A stretch of 64,000 bases of DNA from an uncultured delta proteobacterium (lineage in GTDB: Bacteria > Myxococcota_A > Polyangia > Polyangiales > Polyangiaceae). Location of the stretch: positions 1,024,001-1,088,000 of the forward strand of contig CAWDXG010000004.1 of assembly GCA_963806225.1 (NCBI GenBank), in the 5' to 3' direction. The notes under the pieces were generated by a model. It did not search any database and was not told the origin of the DNA. It saw nothing but the letters and a program-made list of their open reading frames with translations. Shown here piece after piece: positions 1 to 8,548 of this stretch. Both the position numbers and the translations under genes were made by a program. Each line of letters opens with the position of its first letter. Positions within the stretch are counted from its first letter, which is position 1.

Positions 1-314
1 ACCTCACCGTCCTCATCGTGAACGACGGCTTCTCGATCAAGGCGTCGGGCGGCAACGTCGCACCCGGCTGCGAAGGCGTCGGCGCCGGCATCGCGATCCC
101 GAAAAAGAACGGCAAGTACGACTACGGCGCGCTCAACAAGTGCGCCGCCAAGCTCAAGGGCTCGAACCCGGACTACGCCGACGAGACGCAGGTCTACCTC
201 AGCGCCAATCCCGGTACCGACTACCAGACCATCATCAGTGTGATCGACGCGGTTCGCACGACGCCGAAGGGCAACGCGTTGTTCGATGACGTGAACTTCA
301 AGGTGCCGCAATGA
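1..314 (+). CDS. ExbD/TolR family biopolymer transporter, 5' end outside the window
   Basis: C-terminal ExbD-like motif VYLSANPGTDYQTIISVIDAVR...LFDDV. The frame is open to the window edge and its stop overlaps the next start (ATGA). Confidence 0.75.
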   Translation, partial: LTVLIVNDGFSIKASGGNVAPGCEGVGAGIAIPKKNGKYDYGALNKCAAKLKGSNPDYADETQVYLSANPGTDYQTIISVIDAVRTTPKGNALFDDVNFKVPQ

Positions 315-904
315 CCGACGGCGGAGTACCTCCCCAGGCGCCGCCGGCCCGCTTCAAGGCGGAGCTGCGCAAGGCCAGGCGCAAGAACGCCGGCGGGCAG
401 GAGGTCAACTTCCTCAACATCACCGCGATGCTCGACATCATGACGATCATCCTGGTCTTCCTCCTGAAGACCCTGGGTGAGTCGAGCGCGTCGATTCCGC
501 AGAACAAGGACATGACCCTGCCGAAGTCGGTGATCGAGACGCAGCCTGCCCAGGAAGGCGTCATCGTCACGGTTTCGAAGACGCAGATCCTGGTCGGTAA
601 CAACCAGGTGCTGCAGCTACCCGGCCGCGAGTCGCTCGCGCAGACCGGCGTCGGAGCCCGCTACAAGCGCAGCGGTCCGAACGATCTCTACATCGTGCCG
701 CTGGGCAACGCCCTGCAGTCGGCGCGCAAGACGGACAAGCTCATCCGCGAAGCCAAGGGGCTCGACGCCTCGAGCTCGGAAGCGATTATCGTGGCCGACC
801 AGACCACTCCCTATCGCCTCTTGATCGAGGTGCTCTTCACCCTCGGACAGAACGAGTTCGGCAAGTACCACCTGATGGTGGTCCAGTCGAAGAGCGCGAA
901 CTGA
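311..904 (+). CDS. ExbD/TolR family protein (myxobacterial motor-stator type)
   Basis: TM helix LNITAMLDIMTIILVFLL with the conserved Asp; C-terminal IVADQTTPYRLLIEVLFTL. Confidence 0.85.
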   Translation: MTDGGVPPQAPPARFKAELRKARRKNAGGQEVNFLNITAMLDIMTIILVFLLKTLGESSASIPQNKDMTLPKSVIETQPAQEGVIVTVSKTQILVGNNQVLQLPGRESLAQTGVGARYKRSGPNDLYIVPLGNALQSARKTDKLIREAKGLDASSSEAIIVADQTTPYRLLIEVLFTLGQNEFGKYHLMVVQSKSAN

Positions 905-1160
905 CCGGCGCGGGCCGGCCGGCGGGCGGCCCGGCGCGAGAGCGGGCTTGCCGGCCCCCTCGGGGCCGTGCTACGAACCCTCTTCGTTAGTTGGCTCGTC
1001 GCTCCTGCGGGGGAGCGTCCCGGCCCTGGCCCTCGGGCAGGTCGGCCGAGCCCCAACGCTGATGCCTGGATGGTGACCCTGGTCGCCGGGCGGCTCGCAG
1101 GGGCAGATCCTCGCAGGCGCTGCATGGAGCGGCAGGCGTTGCCGTGTTCGAAGTGCCGTC

Positions 1161-3335
1161 GTGACCGAAATCGGCCTGATCCTCGGGATCAATATTGCGG
1201 GATTGGCGTTCGCCGTTTCCCTTGCGCGTTGGCTATCCGCACGCGATGCGGGCACCGCCGAGATGCGCCGTCTCGCCGGCGCGGTGCAGCGTGCCGCCGA
1301 GACGTTCCTGTGGCGTGAGTTCCGTCTGGTCGCGGCGGGGGCCATCGGGCTGTCGGCGCTGGTGTTCGCCCTGCACGCCGGCCTCGAGCATCCGGGGGGC
1401 CCGCTGGGCAACGTCGAATCCGGCTTCTGGATGGTCCTCGGGCTCCTGCTCGGGGCCGGCCTGGCCTGCCTGACTGCTCACGCCGGCGCCAAGCTCGCGG
1501 TCCGCGCCAGCGTCCGCACCCTGGCCGCCGCGCGTGTCAGCCTGGACCGGGCCCTGGGCATCGCCGCCCGCGCCGGCGCGGCGACGGGGCTCCTGGTCGA
1601 AGCTGCGAGTGTGTTGTCGCTCGCGGCTCTGTTCGGCCTCGTGTACGCAATGAAGGGCGGCTTCCACCTCCCGCCCGACCAGGCCGCACCGCTGGCGCTC
1701 CACGTCGCGATGCTCCTACCCGGCTTCGGCTTCGGTGCGGTGGCCGCTGCGCTCGTCATCCAGCGCGGCGGCGCCACCTACCACGTCTCGAGCGACGTCG
1801 GCGGCGACCTGGCAGGCGAGCGCGACGCCGGCCTCGAGCACGACGACACGCGCAACCCGGCCGTGGTGGCAGAGCTGGTCGGCGACCACGTCGGACTGGC
1901 GGCAACGCGGAGCGTGGATCTGTTCGTGTCCGCCACGGTCGCCAACGTCACGGCAGTCATCGTGGCGGCAGCCGTGTACAACGCGCGTCACGCCGAGCTC
2001 GGCGGCATGCTCGCGCTAGTCACGCTGCCTCTCGTCGTCCGGTCCTTCGGCGTGATCGCGTCGGGCTTCGGCGTGATGGTCGTCCACACCGACGACGTCC
2101 ACAGCCCGGCCGGCGCGCTGTGGCGCGGGCACCTCGCAACGGCGGTGGTTGCGCTCGCTGGGCTCGCCGGCGCGACGATCTGGCTTCTGGGCGAGCGCTT
2201 CTGGCTTCCGTTCTTCGCTGCGGGAACGATCGGCGTGCTGGCAGCAGCTGCAGTCGCGCATGCGGCCCGGCTTCGCGTGGAGCGGCGCTTCAGCGCGCTG
2301 CGTGACGTGCTCGACTCGCTGCGTGTGGGCGGAGCGGCTGCGATCGCCCAGGGTCTGGGCGTGGGGCTGCAGGCCGCAGCGCTTCCGGCACTCGTGGTGG
2401 GCGCTGCAATGGCCGGCGCGTGGCAGCTGGGCGCCGCGACGGGGCTGGTGAGCGGTGGCCTTCTGGCCGCGCTCACTGCGCTCATGGCGATGCTCGCGAT
2501 CGGGCCGTACGTGCTGGCGATCGGCAGCTTCGGGCCGATCGCGGACAACGCGCGCGGAATCGCAGCGATGAATCGCGCTTCCACGGAAGGCGACGCCGAG
2601 CGTCGTACCGGCCGGCTCGATGATGCGGGCTTCTCGGCCGCCGCCGTGGCCCAGACCTACTTGATCACGGTCGGCTGTCTGTCGGCGTTGCTCGCCGCTG
2701 CAGCGCTGCCGCTCATCAGCAAGGCAAGCTCGGGTTACGCGGGCCTGCTCGACGCGGCGCAGCCGGCAGTCGTGTGGAGCGGAGCACTCGGCGCTGCGGT
2801 GGTGCTGGCCTATGCCGGTGCGGCAGTCCGCGCGGCGATGCGCGGCGCGCGCGGCGTGGCGTTGGAGGTCGAGCGACAGCTGCGCGGGTTCCCCCGCGAG
2901 CGGGGTCTGGCCCAGGTGCCACGCGACTACACGCCCAGCTACCGGAGCTGCATCGATCTGACCGCACGCGCGGCGCTCGGTCGTGTAGTCCCAGCCGTGG
3001 CCGTGGCTCTGCTGTTACCCGCGGCGCTCGGCGGCTCGCTCTCGCTGCTCTACCACGGCAGCGCGCCGGGCCTCGCCGCGCAGGCACTGGCGGCCTTCGT
3101 CGTCGTTGCCACACTCACGGGCCTTGCCGCTGCGCTCGTCGGCGACGGAGCCCGGGCTGCGCTCGGCGCCGCGCGCCGGGCGAACCGGCCGCGGACGACG
3201 TCATCGGGCTTCGCCGCGTCCGTGAGCGGCGATGCCGTCGCCGACGTGCTCGGCAACGCCGCGGGCCCTGCCGCCCATCTATTCGTGAAGGCCGTCGCTC
3301 TCACTGCGCTGGCCATTGTTCCCTTTCTAACCTGA
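1161..3335 (+). CDS. Membrane (H+/Na+)-translocating pyrophosphatase homolog with degenerate catalytic motifs
   Basis: 724-aa multi-TM protein. Remnant motifs DVGGDLAG, DDTRNPAVVAELVGDHVG, FGPIADNARGIA, EVERQLR, Y..CIDL, GDAVADVLGNAAGP. Confidence 0.85.
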   Translation: MTEIGLILGINIAGLAFAVSLARWLSARDAGTAEMRRLAGAVQRAAETFLWREFRLVAAGAIGLSALVFALHAGLEHPGGPLGNVESGFWMVLGLLLGAGLACLTAHAGAKLAVRASVRTLAAARVSLDRALGIAARAGAATGLLVEAASVLSLAALFGLVYAMKGGFHLPPDQAAPLALHVAMLLPGFGFGAVAAALVIQRGGATYHVSSDVGGDLAGERDAGLEHDDTRNPAVVAELVGDHVGLAATRSVDLFVSATVANVTAVIVAAAVYNARHAELGGMLALVTLPLVVRSFGVIASGFGVMVVHTDDVHSPAGALWRGHLATAVVALAGLAGATIWLLGERFWLPFFAAGTIGVLAAAAVAHAARLRVERRFSALRDVLDSLRVGGAAAIAQGLGVGLQAAALPALVVGAAMAGAWQLGAATGLVSGGLLAALTALMAMLAIGPYVLAIGSFGPIADNARGIAAMNRASTEGDAERRTGRLDDAGFSAAAVAQTYLITVGCLSALLAAAALPLISKASSGYAGLLDAAQPAVVWSGALGAAVVLAYAGAAVRAAMRGARGVALEVERQLRGFPRERGLAQVPRDYTPSYRSCIDLTARAALGRVVPAVAVALLLPAALGGSLSLLYHGSAPGLAAQALAAFVVVATLTGLAAALVGDGARAALGAARRANRPRTTSSGFAASVSGDAVADVLGNAAGPAAHLFVKAVALTALAIVPFLT

Positions 3336-3359
3336 TACATCCCACCTGTTACCTCGAGG

Positions 3360-6300
3360 ATGGACTTGTCGTCACTAGCGGACGCCCTCTCAACACTCTC
3401 TGATCGCGGCCTACGCCGCCTGCTCGGCGCGCGCACCTTCCTGCGCGGGCTCGACTACGAAAAGCGCAAGGTCGTCGAGGACGTTGGCGTCAACGAGTCG
3501 AGCGCGCACGGCCGCGTGAAGGGCTCGGACCCGGACCCCTACGAGGTCACGATCCGGCTGGGTGGAGAAGGCATCACCTCGCACTGCACCTGCCCCGCCT
3601 TCCAGAAGACGGGGCAGCACTGCAAACACGTCGCTGCGCTCTTGATCACCGTGCGCAACCAGGCGCGCGCCCAGCTGCCGCGACGCGAACCGCAGCAACC
3701 TCCCCCTCCGCAACCGCAACACCCGGGCGGAAACGAGAGCAAGTCGAGCCGCCGCCGCGATCGACGACGGCGCGCACAGGGGCAACAGCCGGTCGTCCCG
3801 CCCGGCCTGACGCCGCCGCCCACGCCGCACGCCAGCGCCAAGCCAACGGGCATCGGCGCCTGGCTCGCGCCGGAAGACAACGTGCGCAGGCTCAACCTCG
3901 AGTTCCGCGTGCACGTGCGCCAGGGCGGACTCACGGTCACGGTGCTCGACACGGACGCCCGCGTGCCCCTCTTGCCGAGCGTCGCATTGACGTGGCAGGC
4001 CTACGCGCCGACCAAGGACCGAGACGCTCTCAGGGTGTTGGCGCGTTTCGAAAGCGGAAACCCGCGGCACCCCGCCGTCGACATCCGCGACGAGGACGCC
4101 GCCGAGCTCCTGCCGCTCCTGCGCGGACAGCGCGTTCTGCTGGAGCCAGCTCTGATGCAGCTCCGCTTCGCGGAAGAGCCGCTGAAGCCGCGCTTCGATC
4201 TCGAAATGGTCGGCGCGGACACGATCGTGGCCAAGGTCACCTTCGAGCGCCCGAACGACGGCCGGCGTTTCCAGCTCACCAGCGGCGGCTGGTTCCAGGG
4301 AGCTCCCGGCTGGCACATCGACACCAGCGAAGGCATCGCGCGTCCTATCGATCATCACGTGTCGCCCGCCGCGCTGGGGCGCCTGCTGCGCAGCCCCACG
4401 ATCGCCGAGCCCGCCTCGGAGCTGATCAGCATGATCACCACGGGACTGCCGAAGGTCGCGCTAGAGGTGGGTGCGGAGCTGCCCGAACTGTCACAGGTTG
4501 CGGACGTCATCGACCTTACGCCCACGTTCCGGATGCGTGCATCCGGCGGAATCACCGAAGCCCAGATCGCGCTGCGCGCTGCCTACGGCGACCTCGAGGT
4601 GGAGGTCCGCGCCGACGGCATTTCGCCGCCGGTCATGATCCAGCCGCCCGAGGAGGGCCAGAAGCGCGCAACCTGCATCCGCTGCGACATCGTCGCGCAG
4701 CAACAGGCGGCACAGGAGCTCCTCGGGCTGGGTCTTTCCCCCGACCAGAGCGGCGAGTTCTTCACGGCGGAAGGCGAGCAGGCCATCAAGTTCTGGTCGG
4801 AGGGCGTGGGCTCGCTGCCCGAGGACTGGGACCTGTACGTGCCGGAGCACCTGCTCGGCACGCACGTGCGCAGCAAACCGCTTGCAATGAACGCGCGTGT
4901 CTCGAGCGGAGTGGACTGGCTGAGCGTCAAGCTCGTGTTCGAAGCCGAGGGCGTCGGAGTCGACCGCGAGGAGCTGGAGCGTTGTCTGCGCGAGGGGCGG
5001 AAGTTCGTGCGGCTGTCGGACAACTCCTACGCCCAGCTCGACACGGGCAAAGTCCAGGCCGCCATCGACCGCGAGATCGAACTGCTCGCCTCGGCCGGCA
5101 AGAACGGTAAGCTCCCGCTCTCGCAGGCGGGCCGCGTGCAGGAGCTCCTCCAACAGACCGACCAGTCCTCCGTGACAGCAGGAGCGAAGGCTCTCTTCCA
5201 GAAGCTCGCCGACATCGACGAGATCAAGGCCGTCAAGAAGCCCCGCGGCTTGAAGGCCACCCTGCGCCCGTACCAGGAACAGGGGCTGTCGTGGCTCAGG
5301 TTCATCCACGAAATCGGCTCTGGCGGCGTGCTCGCGGACGACATGGGTCTCGGCAAGACGATCCAGACGCTCGCGCTTCTGCTCACGCTGAAGGCCGACA
5401 AGAAGCAGAAGAGCCTGAGCGCTCTGATCGTCGCGCCCACGAGCGTTGTCAGCAACTGGATGCGCGAGATCGAACGTTTCTCGCCATCGCTCACAACTGC
5501 GCTCTGGCATGGTGCCGGCCGCAAGGAGCAGAAGGGCGAGCTCGAGAATGTCAACGTCATCATCACCAGCTACGCCCTGCTGAGACGCGACATCGATCTG
5601 CTCAAGAAGCTCAAGCTCGACTATGCGATCCTGGACGAAGCGCAGAACATCAAGAACCCGATGAGCGCCACGGCGCAGGCGGCAAAGGATCTGCAGGCGG
5701 CTCACCGGCTGGCGCTGACCGGAACGCCCATCGAGAACCGGCTGAGCGAGATCTGGTCGATCTTCGAATTCGTCAGCCCGGGACTGCTCGGACCGCTGCA
5801 GAAATTCGAGGAAAGGTTCGCGCGCCCGATCGATCAGGGCGACTCGAAGAAGGCCGCACGGCTGCGCGCCACGATCCACCCGTTCATCCTGCGACGGACG
5901 AAGGTGGAGGTCGCCAAGGACCTGCCGCCGAAGCTCGAGGTCGACAAGATCATCGACATGCCCGGCGATCAGAAGGCCATCTACATGCAGGTGCTGCGCG
6001 AAGTGCGCGCACAGGTCATGGGCGAGGTGGAGCGCGTCGGTGTTGCCAAGAGCCAGTTGCACATCCTGGCGGGGCTCACGAAGCTACGCCAGGCCGCCTG
6101 CGACCCACGGCTGCTCGGCCTGCCGCGTGAGTTCAGCCACGACGATAGCGGCAAGCTAAGCGCCCTGCGCGAGCTGGTGGACGAGGTCCAGTCCGGCGGG
6201 CACAAGGTGCTGATCTTCAGCCAGTTCGTGTCGATGTTGAAGCTGATGCGCGAAGCACTGGACGAGGACAAGATCCGCTACGAGTACCTCGACGGAAGCA

Positions 6301-6659
6301 CCATGGATCGCCCCGAGCGCATCGACCGCTTCCAGACCGACCCGATGATCCCGGTGTTCTTGATCAGCCTGAAAGCGGGCGGATCGGGGCTGAACCTCAC
6401 GGCCGCCGACACGGTGATCCACTTCGACCCGTGGTGGAACCCCGCTGTCGAAGACCAGGCTTCGGACCGTGCCCACCGCATCGGCCAGAAGAAGGTCGTC
6501 ACCGTCTACCGGTTGGTCGCGGCCGGCACCATCGAAGAGAAGATCCTCCAGCTGAAGCAGAAGAAGAAGGATCTCGTCGCCTCGGTACTCAGCGAGGACG
6601 CTGGTGGCGGCAAGCGTCTCACGCGCGAGGATCTCGACGACCTGTTCCGCATGGAGTGA
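3360..6659 (+). CDS. SWIM zinc-finger SNF2-family helicase
   Basis: SWIM motif CTCP...HCKH; SNF2 motifs LADDMGLGKT, DEAQ, LTGTPIEN, SLKAGGSGLNL, WWNP, DRAHRIGQ. Confidence 0.95.
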   Translation: MDLSSLADALSTLSDRGLRRLLGARTFLRGLDYEKRKVVEDVGVNESSAHGRVKGSDPDPYEVTIRLGGEGITSHCTCPAFQKTGQHCKHVAALLITVRNQARAQLPRREPQQPPPPQPQHPGGNESKSSRRRDRRRRAQGQQPVVPPGLTPPPTPHASAKPTGIGAWLAPEDNVRRLNLEFRVHVRQGGLTVTVLDTDARVPLLPSVALTWQAYAPTKDRDALRVLARFESGNPRHPAVDIRDEDAAELLPLLRGQRVLLEPALMQLRFAEEPLKPRFDLEMVGADTIVAKVTFERPNDGRRFQLTSGGWFQGAPGWHIDTSEGIARPIDHHVSPAALGRLLRSPTIAEPASELISMITTGLPKVALEVGAELPELSQVADVIDLTPTFRMRASGGITEAQIALRAAYGDLEVEVRADGISPPVMIQPPEEGQKRATCIRCDIVAQQQAAQELLGLGLSPDQSGEFFTAEGEQAIKFWSEGVGSLPEDWDLYVPEHLLGTHVRSKPLAMNARVSSGVDWLSVKLVFEAEGVGVDREELERCLREGRKFVRLSDNSYAQLDTGKVQAAIDREIELLASAGKNGKLPLSQAGRVQELLQQTDQSSVTAGAKALFQKLADIDEIKAVKKPRGLKATLRPYQEQGLSWLRFIHEIGSGGVLADDMGLGKTIQTLALLLTLKADKKQKSLSALIVAPTSVVSNWMREIERFSPSLTTALWHGAGRKEQKGELENVNVIITSYALLRRDIDLLKKLKLDYAILDEAQNIKNPMSATAQAAKDLQAAHRLALTGTPIENRLSEIWSIFEFVSPGLLGPLQKFEERFARPIDQGDSKKAARLRATIHPFILRRTKVEVAKDLPPKLEVDKIIDMPGDQKAIYMQVLREVRAQVMGEVERVGVAKSQLHILAGLTKLRQAACDPRLLGLPREFSHDDSGKLSALRELVDEVQSGGHKVLIFSQFVSMLKLMREALDEDKIRYEYLDGSTMDRPERIDRFQTDPMIPVFLISLKAGGSGLNLTAADTVIHFDPWWNPAVEDQASDRAHRIGQKKVVTVYRLVAAGTIEEKILQLKQKKKDLVASVLSEDAGGGKRLTREDLDDLFRME

Positions 6660-6768
6660 GCGCGGAACGCGCGGCGAAGCGAAGCGAGCCGCCGCCCCAG
6701 CGAAGCGAGGCGCGTCGGGCTGCTCGAGGGGCGCGCAACGAGCCGCGCCCTGCTGCGCGCAGCACGCC

Positions 6769-7215
6769 CTAGAAGTCGCTGCCGGTGCTGCCCTGCTGGC
6801 AGCCGGTGCCGGTGTCTACGCCGCACGGACCGTTGGCGGTCACGCAGCACGGCTGGCCGAAGCCGGAGGTCGGACAGAACGCCGGATTGCAGGTGCCGCT
6901 TCCGCCGCCGGTTCCCGAGCCGCCGGTTCCCGAGCCGCCGGTTCCCGAGCCGCCCGCGCCCGTTCCACCGGTGGAGGAGCCGCCCGTCGCGCCGGTACCG
7001 CCGGCCGCGCTGCTGCCGCCCGTGCCGCTTCCTCCGACGCCGCTGCCACCCGCGCCCGTGCCACCGGTCGAGGAGTCCACGCCGGAGTCCTGGTTGCCGG
7101 AGCCCCCGCTCGGGAAAGTCGTCCCGGTGTCGCTAGAAGCACAGGATATCACCAGCGCCGAGGCTGAAAGCGTGACAAAGCCAATCCCAAATACGCGGGT
7201 GAATAGGGAGCTCAC
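6769..7215 (-). CDS. Gly/Ser/Thr-rich lipoprotein with Cys-rich C-terminal domain
   Basis: AGGAGG RBS before GTG at 7215; lipobox-like LVISC; GGSGT repeats; C-terminal domain with 6 Cys. Confidence 0.7.
   Translation of the reverse strand: MSSLFTRVFGIGFVTLSASALVISCASSDTGTTFPSGGSGNQDSGVDSSTGGTGAGGSGVGGSGTGGSSAAGGTGATGGSSTGGTGAGGSGTGGSGTGGSGTGGGSGTCNPAFCPTSGFGQPCCVTANGPCGVDTGTGCQQGSTGSDF
6903..6950. repeat. 15-bp in-frame tandem repeat, about 3 copies, encoding GGSGT
   Basis: GCCGCCGGTTCCCGA repeated in the lipoprotein linker. Confidence 0.8.
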
Positions 7216-7429
7216 AAGACCTCCTGAGGGGGAAGCGGGGGTCAACCTCCAAGCCGACCGACCACTTCAGTGTAACGTCAACGTCCCCCACAGACGAAGA
7301 GAAAATGCGTTGCGTTGAAGCTTATCCCTTCGTCCTCATTGAAATTTTTGAAGCGCGGCCGGGGTAATTCCATTGCGGCTGGATGGCCGGCTGGCACCCG
7401 GCGCCTGCTGGGCCGGGCCGCCGCTCGTC

Positions 7430-8548
7430 TCAGCGCCGCATCGAGACGTTCATCAAGAGCCCCAGCGCGATCAGCATCGTGATCACGCTCGACCCGCCAT
7501 ACGAGAACAGCGGCAGCGTAATGCCAACCACGGGCAGCAGGCCGACGGCCATCCCGAGATTGAACACCGTGTGCCAGAAGAACATCGCCCCTACGCCGAC
7601 TGCAACCGCCGCACCAAAGCGGTCCTTCGCCTGCGACGCGACGTGGATCGCCCAGATGCAGATGAACGCGTACAGCGCCAGGAGTAGCACGCTGCCCACG
7701 AAGCCCCAGTCCTCGGCGAACACGGCGAACGGGAAGTCCGAGAACTGATCGGGCAGGAACCCGAACTGGTTCTGCGTCCCCTTCATGAAGCCTTCACCGA
7801 GGAACCGGCCGTTGCCGATCGCGGTGCGCGACTGGAATGCGTGCCATCCGGCACCGGTCTTGTCCGCTTCGGGGTTCAGGAAGCTCGTGATGCGCGCCCG
7901 CTGGTAGTCGTGCATCCCGAACTTCCAGAGCAGCGGGATGCCCAGCGAGACAGCGGCAAACATCGAGAACAGGCTGCGCCCACGGATGCGCGTCATCGCG
8001 ATCATGGCGCCGGCCGTCAGCAGGTAGATCATGCTCGTCCCGAGATCGGGCTGGGCCATGACCGCTATCACCGGAAGCAACGTCAGCGCTGCGGGTGGCG
8101 CGAGATCGAACAGCGTACGGGGTTCCGTCTTCGGGTCGTTGTGCAGGTACTTGGCGACCACGAGGATCAGCAGGATCTTCATGAACTCGCTCGGCTGGAA
8201 CGAGAACCCTCCAATCTGGATCCAACGCGACGACCCGCGGATGTCCGCGCCCAGGACGAACACCAGGCCGAGCGCCACCAACCCCGCCGCGTACAGCACG
8301 TAGGCCATCCGCTCGAAGTGCCGGTAGTCGATGATCGCCGCCAGGAACCCCAGCAGGATGCCCACGACGATCCAGTAGATCTGCGACACGTAGATGTCGG
8401 CCAGGCCGGATTTCGCCGAATTGATGTACACGCTGGTGGCGCTGTACAGATTGACGATGCCGAAGGTCGCGATGGCCACGATGCCGACGAGCAGCGGCAT
8501 GTCCACCTGGGTGCCCCCGCGGAACGACACACGATCGGCGCTGGCCAT
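7430..8548 (-). CDS. rodA: Rod shape-determining SEDS protein RodA
   Basis: GSSRWI, FQPSEFMK, QPDLGT, FLPDQFSDF, GITLPLFSYGGSS; start overlaps the mrdA stop (ATGA). Confidence 0.95.
   Translation of the reverse strand: MASADRVSFRGGTQVDMPLLVGIVAIATFGIVNLYSATSVYINSAKSGLADIYVSQIYWIVVGILLGFLAAIIDYRHFERMAYVLYAAGLVALGLVFVLGADIRGSSRWIQIGGFSFQPSEFMKILLILVVAKYLHNDPKTEPRTLFDLAPPAALTLLPVIAVMAQPDLGTSMIYLLTAGAMIAMTRIRGRSLFSMFAAVSLGIPLLWKFGMHDYQRARITSFLNPEADKTGAGWHAFQSRTAIGNGRFLGEGFMKGTQNQFGFLPDQFSDFPFAVFAEDWGFVGSVLLLALYAFICIWAIHVASQAKDRFGAAVAVGVGAMFFWHTVFNLGMAVGLLPVVGITLPLFSYGGSSVITMLIALGLLMNVSMRR

Noticed and set aside
3360..6659. SNF2 helicase as part of an anti-phage system
   Set aside because: No methylase, nuclease or other defence genes nearby; SWIM-SNF2 is a common stand-alone family.
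6660..6768. GCGAAGCGA repeats between convergent genes as a mobile or REP element
   Set aside because: Too short and imperfect to support from this window alone.
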